Shown: in pieces, positions 24,301 through 36,835 of the stretch
Position numbering within the stretch: the stretch's first letter is position 1
How the letters are laid out: each line of letters opens with the position of its first letter
DNA from: Mytilus edulis
Taxonomy: Eukaryota
Assembly (NCBI RefSeq): GCF_963676685.1
Contig: NC_092348.1
Coordinates: 35,030,001 to 35,094,000, forward strand
DNA: 64,000 bases
Direction: 5' to 3'
Notes under the pieces: model-generated
Told to the model about the DNA's origin: nothing
The model's input: only the letters and a program-made list of their open reading frames with translations
Databases searched by the model: none
Program-made: the position numbers and the translations under genes

Positions 24301-26976
24301 GCTTAAGCACAAAGTCAACTTTGTCTGATGGAGTTGGGACCTCACTTAATTATTTTAATTCATCAACAAAGAATTAAAGAAAGGAATTTCTTTTTAAAGT
24401 GTCTGAATCAAAAGGTTTGTATTTAAAAAACATATTTACAAAAAACATGCATTGATTTATTTTCCAGCTTGCTTTTAATAGTTGGAGGAAAAAGCTTGAG
24501 GAAAAACCAGATGATTCAGAACTTATAAATAAACTGATACAAGAAATAACAAGGTATTTATAAATATTCACTGTAGTGATACTGTATTTGATCTGAAATA
24601 TCAGCAAAGACTAGTGTTTATACAGATATAAGTTTAACTGCATGTAGTGCATATTCTCAAAGAAGTACTGTGGACCATTATTATTTGTGAGATACCAAAT
24701 TTTCATGTATTTCGTGCATCAACATTGTTAGCAACACCTATAATAGCCAGCTATTATACCATGATCAGATTATCTAAGAAAATTTAAGGGTATAAAATAT
24801 TGAAGAAAAGTTATAAAACTGAGTCTGCAAACAACAATAAGCTGAATACATTAACTTTGTGCAATTTGCAGCCTTTATGCTGTCAATAACCAGCCTTAAA
24901 GACAGTTTTGATCTAGAAATGTGTTCTCCCAATTTGGTCATATTATTGAGATTAATCAAAAGTCGGGATTTTTTTTAAAAACTGTTGAAATTATTCACAC
25001 TAGATTTGTAACATCAATGAACTTGTATTGAGTCTATTGACTAGTTTTTGGCTCTTTAAGATTGATTTAATGTTACTACCAAACAGGTTCAGTCATTTAG
25101 GTAACACTTTACTTTATTTTTGCTGTACTAAAATCAGCAGTTTATTTTCGACTTATGAGTTTGAATGTCATACTGTTATTGTCCCTTTGGTATCTTTTAC
25201 CTTATTTGTACTGCCCCATGGTTATTTTTTCTGACATAATACCAATGATCAAGATAGTTTGTTAAAGTGCTTCTGTTTTCTTCTTCATTATTTTCAGATC
25301 TAATGAGCATCCATTAACAATGAAGATGAAGTCACTACAGAAAAGACTGTATGATAAGTTACAACACATTGTCAATGAGAAAATTAATATTGTTGATCAA
25401 ATTAAAGTTCCATTGTCAAAGTCATTGTATCCTACACATCACTGGAACAAAAGCAAAGAGCAGGATAACAGTAGTGAAGACTCCAAAGATACCAGTTTAA
25501 AAAGGGAAGGTAAGATAAAGGGTCATGAAAATGAAAGTGAAAAGAGAACTGACAATGAAAATGACAGTACAGGTGATAAATGCCAAAGTGAAAATAAGAC
25601 AGACATAATAAATGATGATGAAGTGAAAGATACACATGTTCCACAGGAGATGGACAATGAAAGAGAAAGTAAGCTAGAAGTTAAAGAGGAAAATTCAGAT
25701 GAGGATGAAAAAAAAGATAAATGGGAACCAAATTATACCGCAGAAACACGTGACCTTTCTGAAGTACAAACTGAAGTCGAGAATGATTTGGAAAAAGCCA
25801 TTGACATGGGAGAGAAAGAGAGAGAAAAATTGAGGGACAGTATCAGAGAAACAAAAGGCATTCTTCATCAAATTTCACAAGAATATGACCAATATAATCA
25901 AGATAATATGGATGAATTATTTGATGATGAAAATTCGGATGAAAGTACAGATGGTGGGAAAGATAGTGAAAATACTGAAAAGAAAAGTATTGAAATTGAT
26001 GAAGAAGATCAGAAGGACAGTGGTAAATCTTTGAAGTCATCTGCTTCTTTGTCAGATTTAAAGTCGATAGAAATGAAAATTAAAAATCTTAAAAATGAGG
26101 CTTATCAGAGACATATTAAAGCAATATCACAGGATATTCACATGTACCTTGAGAAGATGTTAGTGTTGTTTACAATATGTTACGAACAATTAGACTGTAT
26201 TGAAGGCAAGGACCAATGTTATGCTTGTTTGGAGAAATCCATATTTAAACCAGTCTGGAGATATTTATTGGGACTTTTCAGGTAATTGACTATTATTTTA
26301 CGTTCCTCGTTAAAAAGATATGTGCTCTTACTATTCACAAAGGTCTAAATCATACTTAGTGTAGACAAAAGGGAAATTAATACAATAGAGACTACCAAAG
26401 AGTGGCAACAAAACCCATTATTTTACAAAAATGATCATAAGTGACAATGACTTATAAGATTCATGGACTTGTACAGGTACAAGGTATGTTTAAATGTGAC
26501 AGGATTATCTTTGCTATTTAGTCAATCTGTCAACAGTTTAGTTGTAAAACATGTAAAATGTATAGCTTTGTTTTGGCTGAGTTGCACAATAAACTTTATA
26601 AAATGTTTGTATTTATGTAAGGTGCACTGTATACTTTCGGCATACATCAGGAGACAATAGGTTTCCATAAGTTTTTTTTAATTTCATATCTGTCATCCTC
26701 AGATTTGATATGCTTTGATATATATTATTCATAGACCATGAGTAAAAGTTAGATGTTATATTCTTTTGAGTATTTCTAATTATAGATTAGCTAATGAACC
26801 AAAAGAGTTGACCTTAGCCTATGTGATGACAGAGAGACAGACTTGTTTACCAGCAGACTGTAGTGTCAAACTTAAGCTTCAGATGACAGATTGCGAGGAA
26901 CCATATAATATTGCAGTGAAACATCTAAAAATGTTTCCAAATCAGCAAACACTTCTGGATAAACTGGAATGTCTAG
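9389..26976 (+). CDS. VPS9D1: VPS9 domain-containing protein 1, exons 1-11 (about 656 aa); the remaining VPS9-domain exons are not in the window
   Basis: In-frame GT-AG exons: 9389-9472, 10358-10430, 13898-13993, 14492-14627, 16610-16724, 17140-17202, 18340-18392, 19122-19209, 24468-24553, 25298-26281, 26786-26976. Peptides ESYMKYLECV, DTVKMVRLGQQCMERV, SPLELAYKQNQQLMMAYKARLARLDP, LTVQRKMAENLAVAK and EQRLIYKKVLEFEQEH match recalled human VPS9D1 motifs ([52 protein letters not shown]). The model ends at the start of the VPS9 domain (LLDKLECL). Confidence 0.9.
10120..10300 (+). mobile_element. Degenerate tRNA-related SINE-like repeat
   Basis: A-box-like GGTGGTTGTGTGGTCTAG at about 10127 and degenerate B-box gaatttcgaaatcc at about 10197, followed by an AT-rich tail. 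Confidence 0.35.
12937..13053. repeat. High-copy interspersed repeat family A (gcattgaagacctgttggtgaccttctgctgttgtc...cacattccccatttccattctcaatttta)
   Basis: Near-identical copies at about 5455-5558/7379-7420, 12937-13053, 15690-15878 and 31226-31337, and inverted at 35673-35840. Confidence 0.85.
14716..15185 (+). mobile_element. Helentron-associated non-autonomous (DINE-1/HINE-like) element with GTCC microsatellite and two 169-bp internal repeats
   Basis: Starts ttttatgcccc...ggggcatt; (GTCC)n-like tract at 14760-14812; tandem units start at 14815 and 14984; ends acattcttgtt. Similar reverse-oriented remnants near 38460-38770, 49940-50215, 53300-53500 and 53830-53975. Confidence 0.6.
16027..16232. 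mobile_element. MITE with TA target duplication
   Basis: TA|ctgtaaattcagaaattattgc ... gcaataatttgtgaatttactg|TA. Confidence 0.65.
16252..16566. repeat. Perfect 35-bp minisatellite, 9 copies
   Basis: Unit aaaagtgctataacaggtgtataagttatggttat repeated identically 9 times, with no spacers. Confidence 0.97.
17695..18250. mobile_element. MITE-like element with imperfect TIRs
   Basis: aggaggctcgagggtataaa ... tttagacccgcgaacccc are imperfect inverted termini. Confidence 0.5.
18873..18995. repeat. High-copy interspersed repeat family B (agatgtggtatgattgccaatgagacaactctcc...)
   Basis: Copies or fragments at about 11488, 12075, 18873, 19850, 27985, 33405, 36857, 38195, 43240, 45893 and 52633, and inverted at about 1040, 57530 and 60420. 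Confidence 0.85.
19499..23648. mobile_element. Non-autonomous Kolobok-like DNA transposon (4150 bp) in VPS9D1 intron 8
   Basis: Perfect 19-bp TIR GGTAACACGATACCGAATG; TTAA on both sides (19495-19498, 23649-23652). Purine-purine termini with a TTAA TSD are Kolobok hallmarks. No intact ORF. Confidence 0.8.
20009..20365. repeat. 357-bp near-perfect palindrome (foldback/MITE) with CACAG...CTGTG ends
   Basis: Arm 20009-20176 is the reverse complement of about 20192-20365 apart from homopolymer lengths and a few substitutions; loop about 15 nt. Confidence 0.92.
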
Positions 26977-27296
26977 GTAAATACATATACCATGACATAC
27001 TTTCAGTTTAATAATGACACATCTGAAAGCGCTGTCATTTGACACGTTGTATACAGACATGACAGATCAGTTAATACTTGTTATGATTCATAAGCTATAT
27101 CCAAGAACTGTCTAGGTAAATACTGTATGTGACTAAAGAATCCCATCCGTAAAAGCACCAAAGAAATATATGTGCACTACTAACAAAAAGACTATATTTA
27201 CTGGTAAATACTACTCAAACTAGTTCCACTGTTTCAAAAGGTTGAAAAAGAAAAATCTAAATATAACAAAATAGAAATAAATTTCATTGGTACTAA

Positions 27297-27561
27297 CACT
27301 AGTAGCACGATTTCAGTCTGAAACGGTCATTTTGGTCTGATCGCATCTTGATTGACTGGATTTACCGCTAGAGAAATTCGTCAAGATATTTAAGGTCGTT
27401 CAGTCGTCGTTCAGATCGATAGCCTCACCAGGTAAATCAGTTCGTTAAGGCATGTCAAGACGGAAAAGACTGAATCGTCTAGCGGCTTGTTTAGATCCGT
27501 TAAGAGCGTGTCAGACCAAAACAGACCATGGATACAAAATTACGTTCAAAATTTTCAGACC
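27297..27561 (+). repeat. Left terminal inverted repeat of the CACTA element
   Basis: The first 189 bp match the reverse complement of 59027-59215 with one mismatch; a further ~75 bp is more diverged. Confidence 0.95.
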
Positions 27562-30500
27562 CTGTTTAGATCGTTCAGTATACCGGTTTGATACCACGAG
27601 TTGCGCCCCTTCTACTCGATAATGAATTTTAGATTAATATGTATATATGTATTTTAATATTAGAATTTGAAGTATATTTTGCCGGATTATTTAATAAAAA
27701 AGATTAAATCTTCTGTTGATTCTTTATTTCTTTTCTTGTTCTGTTGAGGAACAAATAAATTATTCGTCTATACATGTTGTTTATTTTTTAATATAAAATG
27801 TTAGTTTATATAAATATATATTGAAAATAAATTAAATGCAAGGGCGTATGTTAATTGTATACACTCCAATATGTATGCCATAAATTTAACCTTAAAATGT
27901 TGTGAACACCGGTGAAATAGTTTTTCGTATTTGAATATTAGTAACGGAAAATCCTTAACGTAACCTAAAAAAAGTTACTTCAGGAGATGTGGTATGATTG
28001 CCAATGAGACAATCCACAGAAATGCAGCGGAGGCAAATTAACACATGCATATTTTTGTTTTATGTATATGACAGTTGCTTTAATTCGTTGTCTGTTGATT
28101 AATCCTAGTTTACCGTATGTTTTGTTTTTTTTTCGTGCGAGTTACTCTATTAAACTTGGAAAAAAATATTCCCGACATCCGGAAATTCGAAAAAGACTTT
28201 CCGGATTCCGAAAGCTGATCATAATACTGCAGTCAGTCTCTGTCGGGACGGTGTTAAAGTATCACCGTATACAAATTTTCATTCGAACAATGTTTCCTTC
28301 TAATATTTATTTTCTAATCTATATAATATATATACAGTACTTAGTATAAATATAAATATATATATATATATATGGCGTTAATTTAAAAAACAAAATCTGT
28401 TTTGGTTAAAATGGTCGAGTTCAATGGCACGTGCTAGTAATCAACCGGGTCAACAGGTAACAAAATCATTGATCCATAACGTAAGAAAGTACATACCTAT
28501 TTTATTACTCTCATCATCATTCTTAATAAAAAGGTGCCGTAGGGCTAAACGTTAATAAAGAATTAATTAATGTGTGTATACACGTATTAGTGATGTCTGA
28601 CCGTCAGTTTTTAATATACATGCTTGTTTTTTTTTATTGAGGAAAATAACGAATTTGAATCTATTATACGTTAAAGGTTCTTACAATATCATATATGTCT
28701 AAACACTATAGTACCCAAAGACCATGCAAAATATTTGAGCGCCGCATGGAAACCCATTAAAACATGTGCTGTTTCGAAAGGTTGTTTAGTATTCACAGGA
28801 AACTTTTCGCTTCTCTACTTATATAGTTTAGAGAGTGTGTCAGTTATATAAAGTAGTGTGTATTTGTATTCTATTTATTTGGCTAATTGTATCATTATAA
28901 TATACATTTTGTATTTCACAACTATAGTATACTATAAGTTGTAGTGTGATTGATTGTTGTTTAAAGTCCAGTGGCAAATGCTTCATGCATGTTCAGGACC
29001 AGCTGTAAGTTTATGACATATATGGTCTCACCGGTGTGGTTTTCACGTGTTATGATAGATAAAAAGAATAATTAAGTTTTGAAATATCGAAACATAAATA
29101 AAGGAGGCAAGCTAAAAAGCGCATGGATAACCCGCACTTATCAGTTCTTTTCTCTTTTTGTCTAAAAAAATAATGTTTTTTTGTTCGATTTTTTTTTTAT
29201 ATGTTTATATAATTTACGATAACTGTGGTGTGTACGTGCTGTCAGACGAAAGATAAATATGTGCCTTCTAAAATTCTTCTTTAATGGATTGTTTGCTTTC
29301 GCATTGACGTTTAACACACAACTTTCATTACTTTCTGTGATGTATGTAGAAATTCAAACGTACTGGAGAATGAAGGATTCAAATCCAAGCTTTGAATTAA
29401 AATGGTAATTAAATAGCCCGGCACTCAAATAAAAGAACAAGTGTAAGTGTTGGAATGACCTATACAATATATATATCAACATGTGCATTGCCGGAGAATT
29501 AAAGTTTGATTTTACTTTAGTAACTAGACAAAATTGCAGAGAGGCAGCCCAATCTTTTCTCCTTTTTGTTACGAGTACAAATAAACCGATCTTAGTTATT
29601 TCGTACAGCATTTCCTTAAAGCTTTAAATAATAAAATCGCGCGTGATTATCTAACAAATACTCACAGTGCAGTGTACTGCTTTCGAGACAAATTACGTCA
29701 AATTATAGAGCAGTTTAATGGCTCCAACTCAAAATTTTAACCATTCTATGTTGGGGGTCGGGTCTACCATTTAGTTTGAAAGCCCTTTTTATTGTGATGA
29801 TTGGGAATTTGCATTAAGCCGTTGGTGACGTGCCGAGTGGCACACGCTGATTGAAAAGTCTTTTTACTTCACAATTACTATATCTATTGATACCATTAAT
29901 ATGAGTTATATACTAATATTCTCTTTTATCCTGGCATGTTCTTTGGGGCCTTAAAAGGTCGTTTTTTTTAGAGTCCTGAGTGCTTAAACTTTCTTCTTAG
30001 TGCACTAAGAAATCCTTTGCGGTATATACACAACGGACGCGTTGGTCTTAGTCACTACTTTACCTTAGATTTATCACCTTAATTTTCACATGTATAATAC
30101 TACTTTTTATTTGATGCATGACATATAAAGGAAGAAATTTGAAAGATTACAGCCTGCATTATACACTAGTATGTCATCGAATCATTTCAGACACTCATAC
30201 ACAAAATATTCTCACTGTCGTTTGCTAAATATGGACTATGATATATAGAAGCGACGTATTCGTAAAGACAGATTAAGAAGATGTGCATTGTGGTATGAGA
30301 GCCAAAGAGTCAAAAATAGTATTTAGTTGTACAATAATTGTCTGATTGGCAATAACATAGTTCCATGTTTTTAAATTCAAAGGCTCCTGGAGTAAAACAA
30401 TCCCTGACTAGTCTCTCGAGCCCTGACTATACCGAACGTTGACTTATTATACGAACTAACCACTATCACACAGTTTTTACAAGCATGGCCCGTGTTATTA

Positions 30501-31439
30501 CTTATAATGTCATACAGCCAGTTTTGTATTATCTACAATTATGTATCATATATTCGTTAATTTTTTTTTTTTATCTATTTAGTTATTAAAAATAAATCAA
30601 CCTCACAACACACGTGTCAAGAAATATAAAAGGTGAATCTGGTTACAGTAAATCTAACTATTATATATATGTTCCTGCTTGGGTAATTTATACAGTTATA
30701 CATATATAGATTTGGTGCCACAGATTTAATGGTTATACAAAATGCATTCATGTACACGTAATAAACGAATTTGGTAATTGTCATTGTTTGTCGGGAATAC
30801 ACGTACTTGTCATAATTATCCCTATATTAATTTTGAATGTTTTTCCCCGAGGGCTAATCATAACCTACGCCATACGGCATGGATAAATTACTAGAATAGT
30901 TTGAAAGGTTTTAAGCTATTATTTCGTACCAAACTGCATTTGACACAAAATCGGTTATATTGTATTCATTCTTTACACAAAAAAATAGAAATAGTCTTAG
31001 AGAACGAAGTCGACCTATGCACAAATAACACTAATTTTCAAAGAAAATTTTGTCATGATCAAGTGTTTATTTTATCTTGAATTAAATCAAAATACCCAAA
31101 AAAGTTTTTATGTCGTAGGGTTACGTATTTTGTCACGTATTTGACAATTACATTTGAAATTTTACTGGAAAATCGCCGTTTTTAGCGTCGTAAGAATATA
31201 TATGCATCAACTGATGCAGACATTATTTCTCGCTGCATTGAAGACCTGTTGGTGACCTTCTGCTGTTGTCTTCTCTATGGTCGGGTTGTTGTCTCTTTGA
31301 CACATTCTCCATAAATGATTTCCATTCTCAATTTTATTATAATGACTTTTGTGTGTATGAATGATATTCTTAAAAATTGTTATATATTTCAATGATTTCT
31401 AACGAAATGTTAACATAACGTTTGCCTTGAATTTTTATA

Positions 31440-32110
31440 ATCAAATACTTTTATTGTCATATAAATAAATAAAAAACTGATCTCTGACAAACATAACATA
31501 TATACAAAAATATACAGTACAATATTAAAATACAAAATGTAGCAGTTGAAATTATTGTTTTGGGTCTCCCGTCCTCAGTTCTAAAGACTCATATTAAGGA
31601 AACTGTATTTTTAATTTGACTGCGAGATGTGGCGTTTAGTAATATCCTAAGTTTAAGTGTATCATCTTTTGCAGTGTTTTTTCCACTCCGAATTGATTTT
31701 CGTTGAGTCAAAAAAAAAATGTTATAAAAATTATATTTAGAGCATTTGAGACAGAAGTGTTTTTCGTCCTCAATCTCATTACAGAATTTGCATATCTCTG
31801 ATATCTAGGAATGTTTGACCTTTTCTATTAAAAGAGTGAGTTCGCTAATAATAAATTTTGTTCATAGTTTTCTGGAGTCAGAATGGTTATGTTTTAGGTA
31901 AAATTCTTGTTTCAAGTTAATCTTAATATTTTTGTATAGGAGAATTTTATTACTTTCATTTAAGTCCTTAATTTATCTTTTTTTCTAATATATTATTGAA
32001 AAAGACATTGCAATTAGATTTAATTTGCTTTATAGACATCGAATAGAATTCAGGTCATAACATTACGGAATATGATCTTCAAAATATATAATTTTATACC
32101 AAAAACATGT
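31440..32110 (-). pseudogene. Decayed LINE ORF2 3' fragment (C-terminal CCHC motif)
   Basis: The reverse strand reads ISELTLLIEK...CKFCNEIEDEKHFCLKCSKYN with frameshifts. Confidence 0.6.
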
Positions 32111-32848
32111 AACAAATACATTGTTTTTATATATATATATATTAAAGTAATTTTTCGGTCATCAGTGAAAGCAGTAGCGTTTATTTGATTTTAAAACACG
32201 AATCGATCTATACTATTCAAAATTACAATACACAAGCTGAAACCGTACCAAGTAATTATTATTTTTGCACACGACATCTAGGCTGTCGTCCCTCCTCTAA
32301 CAGTAGACAGTTTTCTTGGTGGGGATATTGTGCATTCAACCGTGGATATGATAAAATATCTGTAATAAACAAAATTGTAATGTTTTGTTCGTGTAATGTC
32401 CTAATTTTAAGGTTACGCGGGTTTGGTATAAAGCGGGACAATTGGTATGAACACATTTCGATATACGTGTAAAATATATTAAAAGAGCTTTCAAACGCAA
32501 AGATATTTTCGAGGATATTCAAATATACAAATAAAGATCCTTTTTATGTTTTTAAATAAGCCTTTTAATTTAATAAATACATTTAAAGTACATGTAATTA
32601 TTTATGCTAGCTAGCCCACCAATAAGGTCTCAAAACGAAGATTGCCAAACCAAATCTATTATACTATTTTGTTCGCCATTCGATTTTTCATCATTTAATT
32701 TATAAGTTCACTTGAATTGTTTAGGTTTTATGTGGTTTGCAATTGAAGGATGGAAGAGTTATCATTGATATGTTCATAATTATAAATTTAAAGTTAACAA
32801 TTTTTTTTTTATTTTTGAACAAGAGGCTTTTCTATCTTAGGAATAGAT

Positions 32849-32971
32849 CAGAGGCGGATTTAGAGGGCCCCCCCCCCCTTTTTGGGAAAAAATTTTGTTG
32901 CTTATATAGGGAATCACTGAAGCGTGACTGGAGCGGGCCCCCACTTATGAAAAATTCTTGATCCGCCACTG
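32849..32971. mobile_element. Short GC-rich MITE
   Basis: cagaggcggatt ... gatccgccactg inverted termini. Confidence 0.55.
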
Positions 32972-33959
32972 TAGATGACCTTACGGTGGATGTAATTGGG
33001 AATACGTATGTTTGTCCTCAATCCTCTTCAACTTCGAACTTTATTTTGCCTTTTTAAATTTTTTATTCGAGCGCACTAATGAGTCTTATTTTTTTTAGAC
33101 GAAACGCACGTCTTCCGTCAATATAAAATGTCAATCATGGTATATATGATGAGTTTATATACCATAGTGTCAATAGAGAGAACATTCTTCGATTAAAACA
33201 CACCCGGAAATAGCAAGAAAGTTTACAAAAAGAGTAGTGGGAACTTTGCTAAATTTTTTTTATCATACTATATTTCTGATAGTTTTCCCGAGCTATTCAC
33301 ATATTTTTAAACTTGAAAGGAGACCTCTTTCAGCGACACGAGCCTGGAACATGTACACATAACATGCAGTTGTAAGAAATATAGCTATATAAATATAAAA
33401 GAAAAGATGTGGTATGAATGCGAATTAGACCACTGTCTACAAGAGACCAAAATGACACAGATATTAACAACTACATGTCACCGTACGGCCGTCAACAATG
33501 AGCAAATCTCAAACCGCATAGTCAGCTATAAAATGCATTTCAAAGATACTAGAATAAGAATAAAAGGTTAACGTACTTACAAAATATGTCATCTTGTAGA
33601 ATGTGATTTCACAAAGATATGATTTTCAAATTCGCAGTCCAAGTCAATGCAAGGATTTGTAGAGTAAGACCTTGGTCAATGTAAAATCGGTTACACACAT
33701 TTTTCATGCTATAAATCCATTCCAACAATATCATTTTAAACACAAACTAGCTTGCCTTTTCATTAATTGAATAATACAAATTCAGCTAAATTTTGTTTAT
33801 TTCCATCAACAGAGATTTCTCACACTCATCCCAGACGTTAATAATACTCATGCACTTCAATTTTGATATGAAACAATTTATTGATACGGATGACTACGTT
33901 TTACAAGTACGGTTATGCATCAGGGTGTAAACAATGTGAATTTGTTTTTAATTGAGTTC

Positions 33960-34320
33960 AAAGATAGATTAAACGGTAGCTTTAATAGTGAAATGAACTA
34001 ATTTTTTTGAAATCTCGCCTAAATGTATGTTGCATAGATGTATTTGACAACAACAATTTATTTAGATCAAGCTGTTTTAAAATTATATTGATAAAACCAT
34101 TTATTGGTAAATACCGCATATATCTGCTCACTGTTTGAATATAGAAACTTGTCGATTTCATAATATTGAGAGATGTCCGAGATTTTGTAATATGTGTGAT
34201 AAACGAGTAATTGAAGATGATTATCATTTTATTTTAGTATGTGAAAAGTATAATGAACTTCGAAAGAAATTTATCAAACCATATTGTTGAAGAAAACCGT
34301 CGAATCTTAAACTGTTTAGA
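33960..34320 (+). pseudogene. Decayed LINE ORF2 3' fragment (C-terminal CCHC motif)
   Basis: KYRISAHCLNIETCRFHNIERCPRFCNMCDKRVIEDDYHFILVCEKYNELRKKF. A third smaller remnant (CHFCGSIDIGDEYHYIMTC) is at about 37045-37110. Confidence 0.7.
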
Positions 34321-36459
34321 CGATAATGTATTTGAATGGGGACATATAGTTGGAACTCGCCCCTTTTTTTGTGCTGGGATGGGACCCCCTTTTAAAGTGG
34401 CTGGGTGCTCACCAGTATCTGTTCATAATATAAAGCAACTTAACAATTCAAGGGAGGTTATTATTTCTGACTGAGAAGGCACGAAATTAAATTCATTTAA
34501 AAATGTGTTACATTTGATCATACTCTGCTGTACTGTTATATGCATGGGTATACTTACTTATATGATTATTTGACTAATTGTTTAAATGTAAATATATTTC
34601 ACTGATGTAACTGAATATTTGTAATAATTATTTTTTGTAAGTTGTATTGCTTAGGAATACAAGATTATATTATTAATAAAATAAATATTATGACTTTCCT
34701 TTTTTCATTGGATGAGCATGCAGTGGTGTTGAAACGCCAAAGAACTGGAAATAGAAAGCTATTTTAATTTGATACATAGGACAATGAATCTTAACAAAAG
34801 GTTCTATAAATTCAATTGTGAAAAAAAAATTCACAATACCGTGCATTAACTCAACAACCGTCCATCGACAAATATTACTTGATATTCATTGAAATGATAA
34901 CAAGTAAACAGTTATTGTAAAAACAGGGCAGCCTTAAATTCTAATAGTTTTTGTCAAAAAAGATTCAAAGTTTTACTGATGCAACGATATCTTATATATT
35001 TTGAGTTGAAATGGCCTAGCGGTAGTCGGATACGTCTAAACACCGCTCAGGACCTCCTGAGTGCACTCAGAACATACAAAGTGCACTCAGGACCCTTTAT
35101 AGTCGTCGCATTTGCACACAGGATGTATGTATATATTCCTTACATGCTGCTTATATAAGAATTAAATTTTGGTAGAATTTGAAATCGAACTTAGATAGAT
35201 ATGTTAACTTTTTTTTAAATAATGAGGGCACGTGTCACTGATTACACAACTACTGAGCCGTGAATTATCCAATCAACAAAATTAATTGGATTATCTTTAT
35301 TGATGTTTATGAATTGTGTTGTTTGTACAATGTTGCGTTTAAAATAGTTGAGATTGTTTAACATGTTTAATGTAGTTAAATTTAAATTATGCACTGTGAA
35401 AATAGTGAATTGTATGTTCATGGAAAAAAAATAAGATAACCCATTCGATGTTCTTTTTCAATTTACTTTTCATTTTGACGGCTAAATTTATATTTTGTAT
35501 TCTGCAGTTTATGAATAAAGAAAATAAAAAAAAATCTGTAACAAGTTCTATTTTTGTTTTTCTTTGTTATTTTTTCTTTCTCTCCATTTCAACATAATAA
35601 ACACAAACAATGTTTACTAAATATCAAATTTTATTCTCAATAAACAATACACATAGTTAAAGGGATGACATTTAAAATTGAGAATGGAAATGGGGAATGT
35701 GTCAAAGAGACAACAACCCGACCAAATAAAAAACAACAGCAGAGGGTCACCAACAGGTCTTCAATGTAGCGAGAAATTCCCGCACCCGGAGGCGTCCTTC
35801 AGCTGGCCCCTAAACAAATATATACTAGTCCAGTGATAATGTACATGTATGTACAATATTTACAATAATAATATTTACAATTTTAAAATAAGTCTAATAT
35901 CTTGGCTGTGTGCGTGCTGTCCTTGGTCTTTTCCTGTTGTTAGGCTTACGAGCAAGCTTCTGGGGTTATGGCACTTCAAAATCTGAGCATGAAGACTTAG
36001 TCGTGGTTTGGATGGATTTTGTGCCGATCAACAGTCTCCGAAATAGTCTTTCTCGCTGTTCTTGTGCTTTCGAAAACCAACATTGGTACGATACGACATG
36101 TCTTCTGTACGGACCGAAAAGTTCATAATTTCCCATTCCATACATGGAACGCTTCAAATCGATTAGTTGTACATGTGCAATGTCCATTAGTTTGGTTGCA
36201 AATTTATTTTCACATCGTAATTCGTTCAAGGATTGTATTACTGGACAAGAACGACTTTAATGAGAAATAAAATCTTACTAAATGCGGATTTGTTCAAACA
36301 TTCGTATTACTCGGGAATTAAATTACTGGACAAGTCCGATAAAAATGAGAAATAGAATCTAACTTTATGAGATTTTTTATTGTTTGAAAAATTTATTTTG
36401 GTCAGTACGCTTTCTATACTTAAAAACGGGCTCTATATACAAAACTAATTAACTTCATG

Positions 36460-36835
36460 AAAAGTAAATTTAATCTAACGCCAAACGATAGCCGGACCAG
36501 AGGTAAAAACCGCTTCTTCCAAGAAAGGGCCACAACAGACGCCTTCGGACAATCATTTTTTCCAAGGACCATTCGGACTGGAACCAACTGCCAACATCCG
36601 CAACATCATCTGACACAGTTGATGGATTCAGAGCTGCCCTGAAGGCATGCTCTGCTAAAATTTAGACAGTAACATCCTGTACATAGTTAAAATTGTATAT
36701 ATATAGAGAACGTTTTATCCTGTAAATAGCCAAGAGAAAACTTTCTGTGTTGTCCGACATTGCGTTAGTTTTCGCGGGATTCATACATTCAAGATTTGAA
36801 TTCGGTTCCTTACCTGGAAGAAGAAGAAGAAGATA
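36460..36835 (+). mobile_element. 5'-truncated CR1/L2-group LINE fragment
   Basis: TRG...SFFPRTIR, then a frameshift into WNQLP (typical CR1/L2 ORF2 C-terminus); 3' UTR and (GAA)n tail at about 36817-36833. Confidence 0.72.
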
